Assembly (NCBI RefSeq): GCF_964355755.1 | Contig: NC_092676.1 | Location: 25,128,871-25,192,870 of the forward strand | Length of the DNA: 64,000 bases | Direction: 5' to 3' | Source: Antedon mediterranea | Lineage: Eukaryota; Animalia; Echinodermata | Shown here: piece after piece, positions 39,838-54,800 of the stretch | Numbering within the stretch: the stretch's first letter is position 1 | How the letters are laid out: every line of letters begins with the position of its first letter | The notes under the pieces: generated by a model | What the model saw: the letters and a program-made list of their open reading frames with translations, nothing else | The model's database searches: none | Told to the model about the DNA's origin: nothing | Translations under genes and position numbers: made by a program

Positions 39838-42800
39838 CCTTCCCAAACTAAATCCAGGTGCTGAATGGCAATGAAGCGTGAAACTTATTCCCCACCCTCC
39901 GATAACGACCCCTAAATGTCATAATTAGGGTCATGAATTATTCATGATTTCTGACTGAACCTCATAGGAGAAAAAATAATGCCTACCTGCAGCGATATAC
40001 ATTTCGTTTCATATATAAGTTGGGGCCCCTCGTGAAACGTCACAAAATGAACATGAATAATTCATTTGCCACGTAGGCCAATGTCAATCAATAAAAACAT
40101 CAAACAAGTGAATTTAATTACTGATATTATTAATAAATGAATTTTGTAATGTTTCACAACTGAAAGAAAAATATAAAAACGAAATCATAATAACTGGTTT
40201 AGGAATTACATAGATAAGTATACTTTCTACAAATGTTGCAATTTTGTTATGCAATATGATAATACAAGCTGAGGGGCCTCAATTGAGGTTATTATATAAT
40301 CAATCAAGTTCTTAGCATATTTCTGGATTTTTTTCTTTTACCATAATGAATTTCAACTTAAAAATTATCTATATTGCTACAGAACTGGAAACAAAAATTC
40401 CTGCTAAAAAACGACTTGAATTAAGATTTCAGTCATTCAAAATATAGGCGCTGATCCTTATAATATTATACAATTATTTGAAAAATAAATATATACATTC
40501 AAGTTTCTCTGAAACTAGTTGTTAGTTGCTCAGTGTTTAGATTCTTTGCCTATTCTTCCATCATTGACAAAGTACAGTACTGTCCTATTGAATTCTTATA
40601 ATATAAAAGTGGGGTAACAATTGAATCAAGGAAGAAAGTGGGGTTACAATTGAATCAAAGCAAAAAGTGGAAAACTCAAAATACAATTCTTCAACACAAA
40701 AGAGATAAGCTAAAGCTCTGTCTACACTATCAAACTAGTTTGAAATAATGTGTCCAAATGGTAGTGATATGCCCAAATGGTAGTGATATGACGTCATTGT
40801 GTCCATATATGGCACATAACATTTAGTTGTCACATAAAGTTTGATAGTGTAGACCGAGCTTTAAACAATTACCTGTAGAATTGGATAACATTTTTTTTAC
40901 TTCACATTACATAATTCAAAGATAGTGTTTTTATTTATTATTTTAATGTATCTCATACAAACTCATTCAAATCAAATGAATATACATTTCTGTTAATACA
41001 AAGTAAATCTTTAATTAACTATAATTAATATGGATAGATTACTATAGTTGCTGATGCTGATACTGGGGGTGGGGAACATATCCCCTAACTTTTTTTTTGC
41101 CTCTATAATGTTGTGTCACTCGTCAACATTCAAAATGAATCGGTAAAAATAATTAATGAAATTAAACATTCTACAGTACGTTAGACCTACATTTTAGCAA
41201 TAATAATTCATATAGGGGAGTCGAAGCTTGATAGCAATAACTATATTAAATTGATAAAAATCAGGAGTACACATGAATCGTAAACACACACCGAGAAACC
41301 AGGCTAAGGTTGGTTCCCTAGGACGCAACACAAGGACGTAAGAGCAAAGCAAGTAATTTGACCAATAACAAGCAATGGATATTATAAACTGCCGCTTGTC
41401 ATTGGTTAATTCGCTTGCGTTGTAATTACACCTTTGCGTTGCATCCTAGTATGAACCAAGCTTTAAGGTTTTGTTATCCCATAATAGTAATCAGTTAATC
41501 ATTTATAGCATATAGAAATAAGAATATTCTAAATTGTTTTCAGTGTATAGCGAAGGCAGTTGAAAACAAGCGTAAATATAAAGGCATTTTAGTACGTCCC
41601 TAAACAAACGTTTCTGTAACAATCAGCCTAACTTTTTACAAACATCGCACCAGTATATCCTCCAATTACAAAACGAAAATAAGGAATCATAACAATTATT
41701 AATAAGAATTATATAACGATAAGACACTGCTGGTATCAAGGCAATTCAATTAACTTCTTTATTAATTTATGAATCAATCAATTGTGTCATAATCAAGTTT
41801 GATACATCATGATTGGTCAACAATGAATAAGCATTTAACATTAAATGCTTGTTTTGTCCCTTAATTTCAATTTCAATTTATTTATTCATGGTTATTCATG
41901 GTTATTAAGCGTTTAAATGTACAGTACATAAAAAATATTTTTTCAGCTCTAAATAAACAATTTCTGTAGCATACAGTTAATCAAATAAGAAAATATTTTT
42001 ATAATAAAACAATATTTTAATTAGTTGAGAAAAAATGTAATGCTTTATTACATATGTTTCTATTAATAGCGTGAAAGCAAATGTATTTATTCCTTAGCAG
42101 TCACCCTTGCATAGATTTGCTATTTAAAATGTCATCACCAACTTAAATAAATTATGACATTAAACTTAAATATTTACTTTTTTTTTATGAAAATGAAAGT
42201 TTTAATATTTATTAAATTTTCCAATTAACTTATCAAGCGAATAATTTTTAAATAACAATATATTAGATATAAAGGCGTAATAGTAGTAGCTGTATGAACA
42301 TAATAATTACAAAATATCAAGGTTACAATATTTAACATACCTTCTTTCTATTATCCATTACCACCTAATAAATGATAACAATTATATTAATTATCTTAAT
42401 AATAGATGTATGTACACTAATACTCTCCCTCCACATCTAACATTTTTATATATAATTTCTATTTTAATTTATAAAATAAAGTCATTTATACTACAAAAAT
42501 ATACCACATATCAATTAATAAAGATCTTTTAAAGAAATTCTATCTATTTTGTTTTATGATACACCTTTTCCATGATTTATATAAATGTTGGGGTTGAAAA
42601 TACATAATATGAGAATACATAAGACGACCATTATATATAAATATGATCAAATGCGGCGTGGTCAAATATGGCCTGGTTAATCTTAGCAACGTCAAACATG
42701 CTAGTATCAAGTGGTCACTGGTAGCAAATACTAAATTTCAGATGGTCAATATACAGTTACTAAGGAAAAATATAAAATGCATGCTCGTTTTGTGAAAAAT

Positions 42801-42851
42801 ACTGATTCTGCTTGTCCTTGCCACGAATGAATGAATATACTTAAGTACTAT

Positions 42852-45800
42852 CTACATGTTAGGGAGGGCGGGGTTGAAATCCGGGGGTGGATTATTGAGA
42901 GGAATGTTATCATCCGTGCTCCCGCTACCGTTTGAGGAGGACCTTACTTTTCGTCGTTCCATGATCATCGCAAGTTCAGTAGTCGTGGATTTTTGCTGGA
43001 AGTGATAGAAGGGAAGGTATGGTTAGTAAAGGGAGTTAAAGGTATAGGAAGAATTCCGAATATTCAAAATATAAAATATGAAGCTTTAAAGCTCTGTCTA
43101 CACTATCAAACTAGTTTGACAAAAAAAAGTGTGCTGTGGCCAAATATGGTATTGATATGTTATCATCATGTCCATATATGGGCACATCACATTTTTTTGT
43201 CACATCAAATTTGATAGTGTAGACAGGGCTTTATAATAATGCATTTGATGGAATAGCTTCTTCAGTTTTAAAGAATTATTGTGAAATGAACATTGTATGC
43301 ATAGTGTAGTATAATGAATATCTGAAAACAGAGGATGAAACTGTTATAGTGGACTGGGAGGCGTTTGTAGGGTAATTGGAGAAATGGTGGGTTGTGTATA
43401 TTGTGCACATTTATCACATATGTAATGAAATTATATAACATACAAAGTAAAAAGATTATAACCTTTTAATAACAATAAGGAAATAGTTTACATACATTGA
43501 GGACTTCTTTTGTAGTCAATATAAAATATACATAAGTTATATTGTCAATTTTCAGCAAGGGATTAGTATATTTTTTCAGAATAACATACCGGCTACAATC
43601 GACAGTCCATGGAGTAATTCTTTACTCTATGGTCAGTCTACATTTACAAACACATGTTGCCAGGCTAGCACAACATGGTTGGGGTAGAGTACAGCAGATA
43701 GCGTGGCTAGAGGGTGATGCTTACCTCTAAGGGGGCCCTAGCCACCATCACTTGGCTATAGACACGTGGACCATCGTCAAAGCATACTTGCTTCAGCTCT
43801 TCCTTGGTCAAGCTAAATAACTGGGCACCTGTTAGTACGCCTAGGCTATCCACCGTCCTATTGAGAAAAATTATCATGAAATATAAAATATGATTATTCA
43901 TGGGCATTCGACCTGTGCTCCTGGAACTGGTATAAGCAAGGCAATCTAACAGGATGCTGCACTCCGGAGATCAAAGGGTTTATCTGTGGCTGCGACACGA
44001 TCAATCCCACACCTCCTAAACTGTTTGATTGGCCAATTGGACGCCGCGTCGCGGAGAATATGTACATAATACAGTACTGTACAGCCAGACATGCCAAGAT
44101 CAAAGGACGAGTTCCTATCTTGGCAAAAGGTAAGCTCAGAATCCTGTTGTTAGATTGCCTTTATAGAATCTAGCCCACACATAGCAAGATAAATTGAATG
44201 GTCTGTAGAAGTGTACATTAACCACTGCGTTGCCGGTACTACTTACAGTTTTGAGAACCGCTTTGAATTTAACCATTTGGTAACTTCAGTTGGGGTTGAG
44301 TTGTAGGTAAGTGGGACAGTTGCATTTGAAGGCGTTCGTGTAATGTTGAAATTTCGTCCTTGACCTTGGTTGACCCGACGCATTAACTCATCGTGGAGGT
44401 CATCATGTTTCTTGGCTATTTAGAAATTGGAAAAAAATAATTTAAAAAAAAATAAATAAACATTGGAGTTGAGTTGTGGCTTTTTGGTTATGATGCTTGG
44501 CTACCAATTCAAGGGTTCCAGTCCTGTCATATTTTTTTAATATTTTTATTTTTTCTAATGACAGATTACAACTCTACTCCCAAAGACTTATAGCATCTAT
44601 GTTTGTCTTGTGAACGGAATTACCATCTTAGATAGTAAATGAATTCTCTTATTATCAAATTAACAATTTGCCTAATATATAAAAACAAAACAAAAACAAT
44701 TCTGTGGGTTACTATCATTATACCATTACCTATATTAAAATCTATATTTAGTTTAAAATGTGGTTAAAATTCTTTTTTTAGTTTCAATATTAATAGGAGA
44801 CCTAGATGTCAGTCATTTTATAAATACATTAGTGTTTTGTTGGAATTACCAACCATTGTTGAGACTAAAGAATGGGTAAGTTCCTGTATTAGCAATAACA
44901 GTACAGCTGTATTCTGTTAAAGTTCAATGCATTTCCAGTTGGTACAACAATAATACATTGTTGGTTGGTGATTGTTCTATTATTATTCCATTAAATTTTA
45001 ATTGATATCATTAACAAAAACCATAAAACATAAATGCCAATTTATAACTCCACTCCTTGCTTGCAATAAGACTTTGTTCATGCAGAGCCTCTTATGTATA
45101 TGTTTGTCTTGTGAACAGGATTGCCTGTATTATACATTATTACAATAACAGTACGGTTGCATTGTGTTCAAGTTTCATTTTCAGTTGGTACAAGGGGTTA
45201 TGTTACAACAATAACTACATTGTTGGTTGGTGATTATTATTATTCCATTAAATTTTAATTTATATCTATAATATATATTAAAAAAACAATATCTCTAAAA
45301 AAGCACCTGAATAATATATTACTTAATTTGAATGAATCTAATAAAAAACTACTGTTATATTGTTTTTGTTTTGTTTTTTTCTGGCGGTTAAGACTTAAAG
45401 CCATTATGGCTTATTGTAATCTCCACACACAATCAAATGTTTTATTATTATTTAAAGTACAAATGTATATATATAATAATTATAGTGTAATATGCAATGT
45501 GTAATACTGAAACTGAAATGTGCACAGAATCAAGTGTAGAATTGAAAAAAAAAACACCAATTTTTGAACAAATAAAAATGACTTGAAATGACAACATTCT
45601 CACAATAATTCCCTTTGTTTGTTTTTTAAAGAAGATACTGATGATGATTAAATAATGAAATATCAAACATCTAGTGATAAAATTAAGAAATTATATAATA
45701 AATTGCAGAACAATTAGAATATGTACAGGTACAAACAAAAACCTAACCAACTCTCCTAATGCTATTACTATAGGCTACCTGAATACTATAAGCAGCTGTA

Positions 45801-48800
45801 CCAAAGTACTGTAGTACCCAGTTTTAGGAGAGTTGATATGGTTTAGTGAAAGCTTACACAATGTGTCACTAATGTTTATACATACTACAGATGTGACGTT
45901 ACAATGTTACAAACTATAAGACAGAAAGATGAAGGTTTTATTTTTAGTTTTCGGATAATGGAAGAAATTTTCCAATATATTTAGCGATATCCCATTTCCT
46001 GCTAAAGGTGCATATTATTCCACCACAACTATGCACCTTGTGGTTAACCATATAAAGGTAAAAAACGTGTTTGTATATATGTCACTGGTACTGGTTGTAC
46101 CATTGTTATATTATACATTTCAAAACATAGACCCCCAATGTGGCTGTACTTATTTATAGAATTATAAAATCCTCTATGATTTGGCTATGCTTTATAAATT
46201 CATTTTTCTTGGTTGGAACCTCTCTTCTTTTCAATTCTGTTTGCTGTGATATAGTAGATGTTTGTAACATTGTGTTTAAGAGAATGAATGATTCATTCAT
46301 TAAAGTCTAGCACTGGTAGTAATTCTATGATTTTTAAAAACATTGGTAATTCTATGATTTTTAAAAACATAGTTTCCACTTCAGAGCTCAACTTTAAAAA
46401 TATCTATATACTATAGCATGAAACACTCAGTATTATTATGTGTGATTAAGTATGTGCAAATGTATTATGTGCAGTGTCCATATATAGAATCACACGTGTA
46501 TGGCTCACTGTGTGTGTATATATACCTTTTTGGACATCCATATCAATGCGTCTTAGCTCTTTAGCGCGTATAGCTGTAGCTAGATCCATCTTTGCCGGAC
46601 TTTTACCGCCTGCAATCATTGAATTATTAATGGAAATCAAAAACAAATACTTCCATTAAGATGATCTTAGAAAGGTTGAATATTCCAAGGCAAGTGGAAA
46701 TACAAAAATAGGCATATTTCATTGGTTGATACAAACTCCTCAAACTACTCACGTAAAGCTCTGTCTACAATATCAAACTAGTTTGACAAAAAGTGTGATG
46801 TGCCCAAATATGGTACTGATATGCTCAAATATGGTACTGATATCACATAATCATGTCCATATAGGGGCACATCACATTTTTGTTGTCACATAAAGTTTGA
46901 TAGTGTAAACAGAGTTTAAGTGAGTGAGGAGTTTAAGGAGCCAGATCTCTTCAAAACAGAACAGTCCGATAGGCCTATTTAATTTTTCAATTTCATGGCG
47001 CGGCGGTAAACCTAAGGAGCTTATCAGGTCCAACAAACACTCTGCACATGCTCAGTTAAAGAATATGTTTGTTAGACTCGACAATAAACATAAAAAGCAT
47101 TAGTTTGTAAATTAAAAACATATATAGAGACATAATATATATTATATAGACGAGCGGTAACGGTAATAAAAATATAGAATCATGTTATTCTTTATGACAA
47201 TTTACATAAAGCGTGGAGTGAGGATAGATACAGATTCTACATGGGACAAGCTACACAATTTTCTGCTTACCGTTACCACTCGTCTGTGTAAATTGGCCTT
47301 AATGCCTCATTTAAAAGACAGTTTTACATGCATTTCAACGCAACATACAGAATAACAGGGGTATGATTTGGGCAGGGGCTTTAAAAAAAAATGGACAAGT
47401 CTAAAGTAGAATACATTCATGTTTTCAGACTTACTTAAACTTATATAAATTCAACTCTCTAATAAAGTCATATATGCTTGTTAATTTACCATTACCAGAT
47501 TATAATATTACGAGTGCAAGTGGCTTTTGCGGTATTTTTTTATACTTACTAGATCTTGAAAGGGCCGAAAAATATGCATCGTAATCATAATCATTGTAAT
47601 CATGATCATCGTAATCATGATCATCATTTTCTGGTACATATGTTCCTACATAGTAATAATGATACTTCTTTTTTTATATAATGCTATTTATCATTAGGCC
47701 AATAACGGAATAATGAATATATTTGTAAATCTTGTGATACGCCAAAGTTTGGGAAGTGACTCAAAAGCGCTAAAGTACATTTGCTAGAAATTGCGGTAAA
47801 AATATCTATTATTCAAATATTAAATATGTAATCTGCAAAAATTGTAACATAGAGCTCAATATGTAATCATTACAACTAAATAAACACAACAACATGTAAT
47901 TCATACTTGTTAAATTATAATTATAGTATTTTTTTATTATTAATATTAAACATACACATTCCATGCAACGATGTTTAAACATATGATAATAAACCTACCA
48001 TTTTTCATTGGAGCTGGCTGGGGGTTACTTTTTCTTTGCCAACTGTTGGTCTGTAATACGGGGGGTACTGCTGGTGGTGGTGGAGGGGGGAGTGTAGGAG
48101 CTGGGGGTGGAGCAGGGGCTGGAGCAAGTGTTGGAGGTGGGGCTGGGGCAGCTGGAGGTGTCTTAGGCCCATCCACCTGACAAAAATAAAACAAACAGTT
48201 AATTATATAAATTTAAAAAATTGCATGATCATTTTAGTAAAAAATATGCCTTTAATGGTAAATGAATGTTAACATTTAATATACAATGTAGTGTATTATG
48301 TATGAGTGACATTCCATTATCAAAATAATATGGGGAAGAACACTTCATAATTTTATTACGCATAATAGTGTGAATACAAGGAAAGGATTAGTATGTGATA
48401 CATAAGAATACTTGATTTCCAAAAAAGGAAAACGCTCAAAATAACCACAAAATGATATTAATAAGTAACAATTCCAAAAATAGACACAAAACTAGAAAAC
48501 AAAACTAAAAATTGCTAGATGAATCATAAATGGTAAAAAAAAAAAAACGACCTCCCCAAAGGAAAGTATAAATAAATAAAATATTACATTTGACAATGAT
48601 ACATTGTTACAATTAAATAAAAAGAACCATTGTACAATCATGAAAGCACCAATCATGGAGCGATGGGTATAGTGGAGGAGATTTTAACAAAATAATACAT
48701 CGATCTTATATAGCGCTTAATGCACAAAGCGCTTCACATTATTACTCCAGTCATGGTTTTGGAAGAAACCCTTGGAAACATACTCCCATAATGTTGCAGC

Positions 48801-51800
48801 CAGTAATCAGCGCAGTTGTGTTTTAGCCTATAGCAGGTACCCATTTGTACACCTGGGTGGAGAGAGGCAAACGTATTGTAAAGTATCTTGCCTAAGGATA
48901 CAAGCAATGTGGCGAGAGTTGGATTCAAACTCACAATCTCACAATCTGTAACGTCAACACCCTGCGCCACATGCCTCACAAAAGGGGGCGAACAAATCTT
49001 ATATTATTTTGAGAAAGTTAAAATTGCCCTTTAATCAAGTACACAGACTATTCAATTTACAAAAAAATTATTAAAGGGGTTTACAACCTGGACCATAGGA
49101 AACCAAACAAAAACCATAAAATCCAATAAATACAACATATGATTATGAAAATAAAAATGAGAATTAGGAATTATGAATTGTGCTAAGGTTTTTGGACATA
49201 CACGCTTGTTGCCATGCACTAGTGCCTTGGTAGCTTTTACATCAGGTTTTTTGTGATCATTTAATGGACTATAGAGGGAGCCTTCCTCTATTCGATCATA
49301 GTCAACCTGATTTTGACTCTTGGCAGCCTTGTCTGCTATGATCTTAGCCAAAGCTGGATTCATCCTCCGAATGTGTTTAGGCTGCTTGCATGTAACGATA
49401 TAGTACAGAAAAAAGAAAAGCATAATAGCTGATTTATTCATTTATCCTCTCTTTTTTGGTCAAAAAAGGCATCAAAACTTATGAGCCCATATATGGTAGT
49501 TATATGCTTAAATGTGGTAGTGATATAACATCATCATGTCCATATATGGACATCACATTTTTTTGTCACATAAGGTTTGATAGTGTAGACAGAGCTTAAC
49601 AGCTACATTCTCTGTTTGAAGTAAGCCATACCTCTATGGTTAAACTAAGCTTTCTGTCAGTGATATTGATGGCAATTAATCAATGGAAAATGTCATCATT
49701 TAGCACACATATATTACACCTCTACCACGCGACTTAACATTGCTCCAACTCCCTAATGAAACCTAGCCTTACCTGGTCTTGTTGAACTGTTTGTGCTCCA
49801 TTGTGATGGTGATGATAGAGGACCTGCCCGCTACCTGGTGCGCCAAATCCATTTGGGGAATGTTGTGGTGGTGTTGGAGTGCGATTGTTTGAGTTGGAGG
49901 CATTTGTGTTTGGTTGGTTTGTTATCTCCAGGATTGTAGACGGCACAAAACCTTGCTGGCCAGATGAGTTCCGTACTTCCCACCATTTTCTGCGGTCATC
50001 AAGAATCTAGGAAAAAAGATGGACCCTACTAAATCGGCACATAGGAATGTCTCCGAGGAGGGGTTCTAATGTATCATATATTATATACATAGTCAAGTCG
50101 CTGAGTGGTTAAAGCAGGGACGCCGCAACGCAAACCATAGCTATACAATCGGCACAGTTTCAAGGCACTCCTCGACTATTGAACTGTTTTTTTCGGATAA
50201 GGACTTAAAACTCACCTCAAGTATCTCTCCCGCCATAATAGTCAGCTCTTTGTTGTTACGAGCGACAAAATCAAATGTGGCCTTGCCGAGTCGTGGTTGC
50301 AGAGAACGAGGTGACGACATTTCAGAATTGACTGCAGCTTGGGGCGGTGTGGGGGTACCGGCTGGTGGTGGCCCTAGTGAGGACTGACGATATTCTGATG
50401 AGGTACTGGGCTGCTGTGGTGGCAATTGTCCATAGCTTCTTCTTTGATTATTAACCTAACAAATTATTATCATATATAATTATTATTTTTACTTTACTGG
50501 TGTAGTAGATTGTAGAGTGAAATCTCTTAAAATAAAAACAAAATATTTTTTATACATTTAGGAAACACGGCGAATTATTTGCAATTTTTAAAGAAATTTA
50601 TATCAGCTGCTGCTTTTACGGATTTTTCCGAGAGCTTTTCCAACTTTCGTAGGTTCCTAGATTGACGCTGAAGTGTTTAAGGTGATGTTGTGAATAATGT
50701 TACCGAAAAACGCAACATGTTTGCAAAAAATGTTGTCATTAAACTCAAGTTTATCTTTAATTATTATGCTGTCGGAAGTTGGCCACACCTTAAAATGGAC
50801 CTGAAATGGATTTTCGATTTTTTTCATTTTAGAATGATGTTTTGGGGGCTATTAGGTGTTGCTAGAATGTATATTGTTACAAAATATAAATTGGCCCTTT
50901 TGGGGAAAGCCCCATTTGAAAATCAAAAAAATTCGCGGGTGACGTCACTTTGCGAATATATTCCTATCCCTCCAATGGACAATTTGCAGTTTTTTAGCTA
51001 TAACTCTTGAAATCTATGGAGTATTTTCTAAAAAATGCTTGTGCATTTGCAGAAACGTATTTAGAATTTTTTTAGATAAAATTATTACCGTATAAACGGT
51101 TATTCATCGAGTAAATGACGATTTAAAATCTTAAAATCAACGGTTTTTTTCTGGCAATACCGAAGTTGGCCTGGCAACGTTGTCCGGGATACAGCTCCGT
51201 GCGCAATGATGCGTATCCATATTTTCCGTTCGTGTATTTTGTATATCGTTTTCGTAATTTATACTGCTAAAATGTGTTAATTTCTTTAGTTTTTAGTTTA
51301 GCAGAATTCAATTAGTAATATGAGATGATAATTAATTTGTCACGAATCAGGCAGTTCGAAAACGAATTTTATTCATATTTTACTTTGGCTTGACAATGAG
51401 CTCAGCAAGTTGTTGATATCGCTTTGGTCCTTGGATGCACATGAAACGGAGCCTCGCCGCATGATGTGAGTGGTGGATCGACTCCGCACGCTGGATTGGG
51501 GGCCTAGCCTAGTAAAGGTTTGAGAGGTAGGCCTTCTAAATTCGGGTTTTAGAACAAACGAAGTACATTTTAGGGACCTATATTTCAACAACATTAGATA
51601 TTGAATAAATTAGTATTAGTGTCAACGCTTCGGGTATCTTTCCAGGCCGTCGATCAATCGCTGACGACTATCGGGTGGCATACACGCTCTCTCGTCGTGT
51701 GTATATGTGACGTCGTGAATATAGAGGCTTCCGACGGCCGTTGAAATAGAATATTGCAATGGCGTGAGTAATTTTCGCTAATTTACCATGTCATCTTAAA

Positions 51801-54800
51801 ATTTCGTTTTTACTCAAAATACTATACATTTTGTTTTTATTTGTATGGGTTTGTGTTAATTTGATACATTTAAATAACATGTGTGAATCTCTTGAAAATC
51901 GAAAGTCCATTTCAGGTCCATTTTAAACACTTCAATCTAGAACTTACAAAAGTTGGAAAAGCTCTTAAAAAAATAATTCGTAAAAGCAGCAGCTGATATA
52001 AATTACTTTAAAACAAAAAAAATATTTGTTATTATTATAATATTATAATTACCTGATCAAACTCCTGTGGTTGATTGCCTGGCAATGGCGGTGGAACCCA
52101 ACCATTACGGAACTGTGGTGTGTATGCAGGTACATAGTGATCTTTAGGCCAGGCTGACCTGAAACGAGATAACAAAAATTGTTAAAAGACAAAATTGAAA
52201 AGTCTTCCAAGAGGAGTACAGTACATTTATACACATACTAAATCAAATACTCATAAACTCTTGCAACTTACTTTGGTGTATTCCAGGCACGACCTAGAGT
52301 GATCCAGAGGTCATTCTCCCTCGAAGTCAAACAGTTGCGGAGAAGCTCGATAGCTTGTGGTGTCAGAAGCGGTGAAACAACCGATGCTGCAAACTCAGGT
52401 CCCTGGCAGCTCTGAACCACTAGTTCCAATGGAATGAACAGAAAGTGAACCAGCTCTGGGGCATTTGGATCGTGGATGTGAGCCTTCAGTTTTGCCTGTA
52501 ATACAAGATGAAAATCAAATAGACAATGAATTTTAATTCTTTCTACAGTATTTACATGAAAAGAAAATAGCAGGTTTTTTCTTGCTTTGGTGCATAAATA
52601 TCTTTCATAATGATACTGTGGATGAATCTGTGAATGAATTTAAATTAAAGTACAGTATATCACATAAATGTTGCCAATGGGCCGAGTTTTATTTTCTTTT
52701 ATTCAATCGAAACCAACAGCGATAATTACCGCCACTAACAGGTTTGATACAAATAAAGCCAGACTGTTTAAAGCACCTTGATTGGTCCTAACATTGATCA
52801 AGGGTTTCTCTCATCCAGTGCCCACTTTGACCAGAGGAAAGGCATGGGCCAATACGTCTGAGGTAGATAATAGATGCAGGGGCTGCCATAAGAGTCAGCA
52901 GTGCTGATTTCAAATGCCTAACAGGACCCCAGCTCCATATACAGTAAAGAAAGAACAAAATATAGTAGGCAGCTTATTATGCATCAGTTTGATTTTGTCT
53001 TAACCTCTGTCGACAATATAAAACTTTCTGTGACAAAAACAATATGATGTGTCCATATATGGACATAATGATGTCATGTCGCTGCCATATTTGGCACATC
53101 ACAGTTTTTTGTCAAACAGTGTAGCCAGAACTTTACTCACCAAAAGGTTGAAAGCATATTTGAATTTTTGGAAACAGTCCTCATAATCGGATTCTGGGGG
53201 TGGTCTTGAGCGAGAGATCAGAATCCCGTCTCCGTGTTCACGTTTTTTGCTTTTGCGCTGTCGTCGTAAGCGTGTCAGTTCAGTGTACGCATCTGCTGCT
53301 TTCTGTAAGGTCCCGATAAAACCTTCTATTTCATCAAAGCAATGGTTCAAAATTTGCTGGAAATTGAAAGAAAAACATTTATAATAATCATACTATCACT
53401 CATTTTAATTCAAAAATTTAAAAAATAATATTTTTAAAATATTTCTTATTTTATTTTAAATACCTTACTAGAAAATGTTAATATTAAGCATAGTAATAAA
53501 TACTTTAGTATTAAATATCTCTATGCTCATTGTCTCACAGTAGATATTCCGCCGTCTACGCTTATATGACAGTGATCGTATTCACCAATCATGCTAAAGC
53601 GAGATATTTCCCTAAAATATTAAGTATTTCACTTAACTCAATAAATGTTTAAGTATTTCCCTTAAATTGTATTCACTTAGATAGGAGATTTTTTTTTAAT
53701 TTTAAGGGTACTGTTTTTCCCTTAGTTTAAGTGTTAATGGTGAATACGGCAACAGGATATTAATATATACGTCCTTAATTAGTGTTACTAATTCAACATT
53801 GAAATTTAACATACACTATGTTAAAGTTGTATCACTTTCATATACACCATAACCTACAATATTATATAACACCTTAATACAATAGATCCGTGTCATTTGT
53901 CACCATATATTTATATAATTATTGTGTTTCCTTGTTTGTTGTTATGTTTTATTAAATAAACATCGTTGCCAAGAAGTAGTCATGCACTAGACAGACACGA
54001 AAACCAGAAATGACGACCAAAGAATGTAAACAACATGAAACAATGAACCCTGTCCATTATGACATAATAAAATGAATCATAAATTATGAAATTAATAAAA
54101 TTAAGTGTTATTATAGCTTTCTACTGGTAAACACTGACTCTGTACATGGCCTGAGAATTTCTTTTTTTTTTTAAAGTGATCAATCATTCTTTTCCTTTTC
54201 TTTAAAGATTTATTTGATTTGTTAAATTGTTGTTGAGTATCATTTAAAACGTCACATAAGAGTTATTCACTTTGACCAAAAATTAGATCGGAAAAAAAAA
54301 TATTTAACTGAAAAAACTGTAATTCAAAGCAAAAAATAGTCAAATTGACTGGAAGTTTATTAAAATGGCCTTTTGGTTAAATTTACTGTTAATTTTGTCT
54401 TTTTATAAAGTGAAATCATTTTTTTTTCTATGGAATTTATATATAAATTTACGTAAGGACAAAATTCGGTAAATCGCGCGTTATTTCTAGAATGTTTACT
54501 CGATGGTATATAAAGTTGGTTAGAATCTAGGTACTGATTTTAACCACCTGATGTAACCCTGTTTACGAATTAAATTGAGTTAGATAATTAGTTATTGACA
54601 ATTAAAACGAATTTAGGTTCAACGATTTGCCCCAAATAGGGGTGTTTTTCGATCGTGGTATACACTGTCTAATGGATGTCCGCCTTGAAAAATACCCGCA
54701 GACAATAGTACGAGGATGCTTCGCATTTTCCTATCTCCTCCTACGATAATTGTTTTTAATGGCTGAAAACCGGTTGAACAGCTCGAGTACAGCATCATAA

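Noticed and set aside
46150-46310. Possible further EPS8 exon ([13 protein letters not shown])
   Set aside because: Phase does not match the phase-1 intron and there is no good donor before a stop.
47971-48180. Gly/Ala-rich + strand ORF
   Set aside because: Antisense of the EPS8 poly-proline exon.
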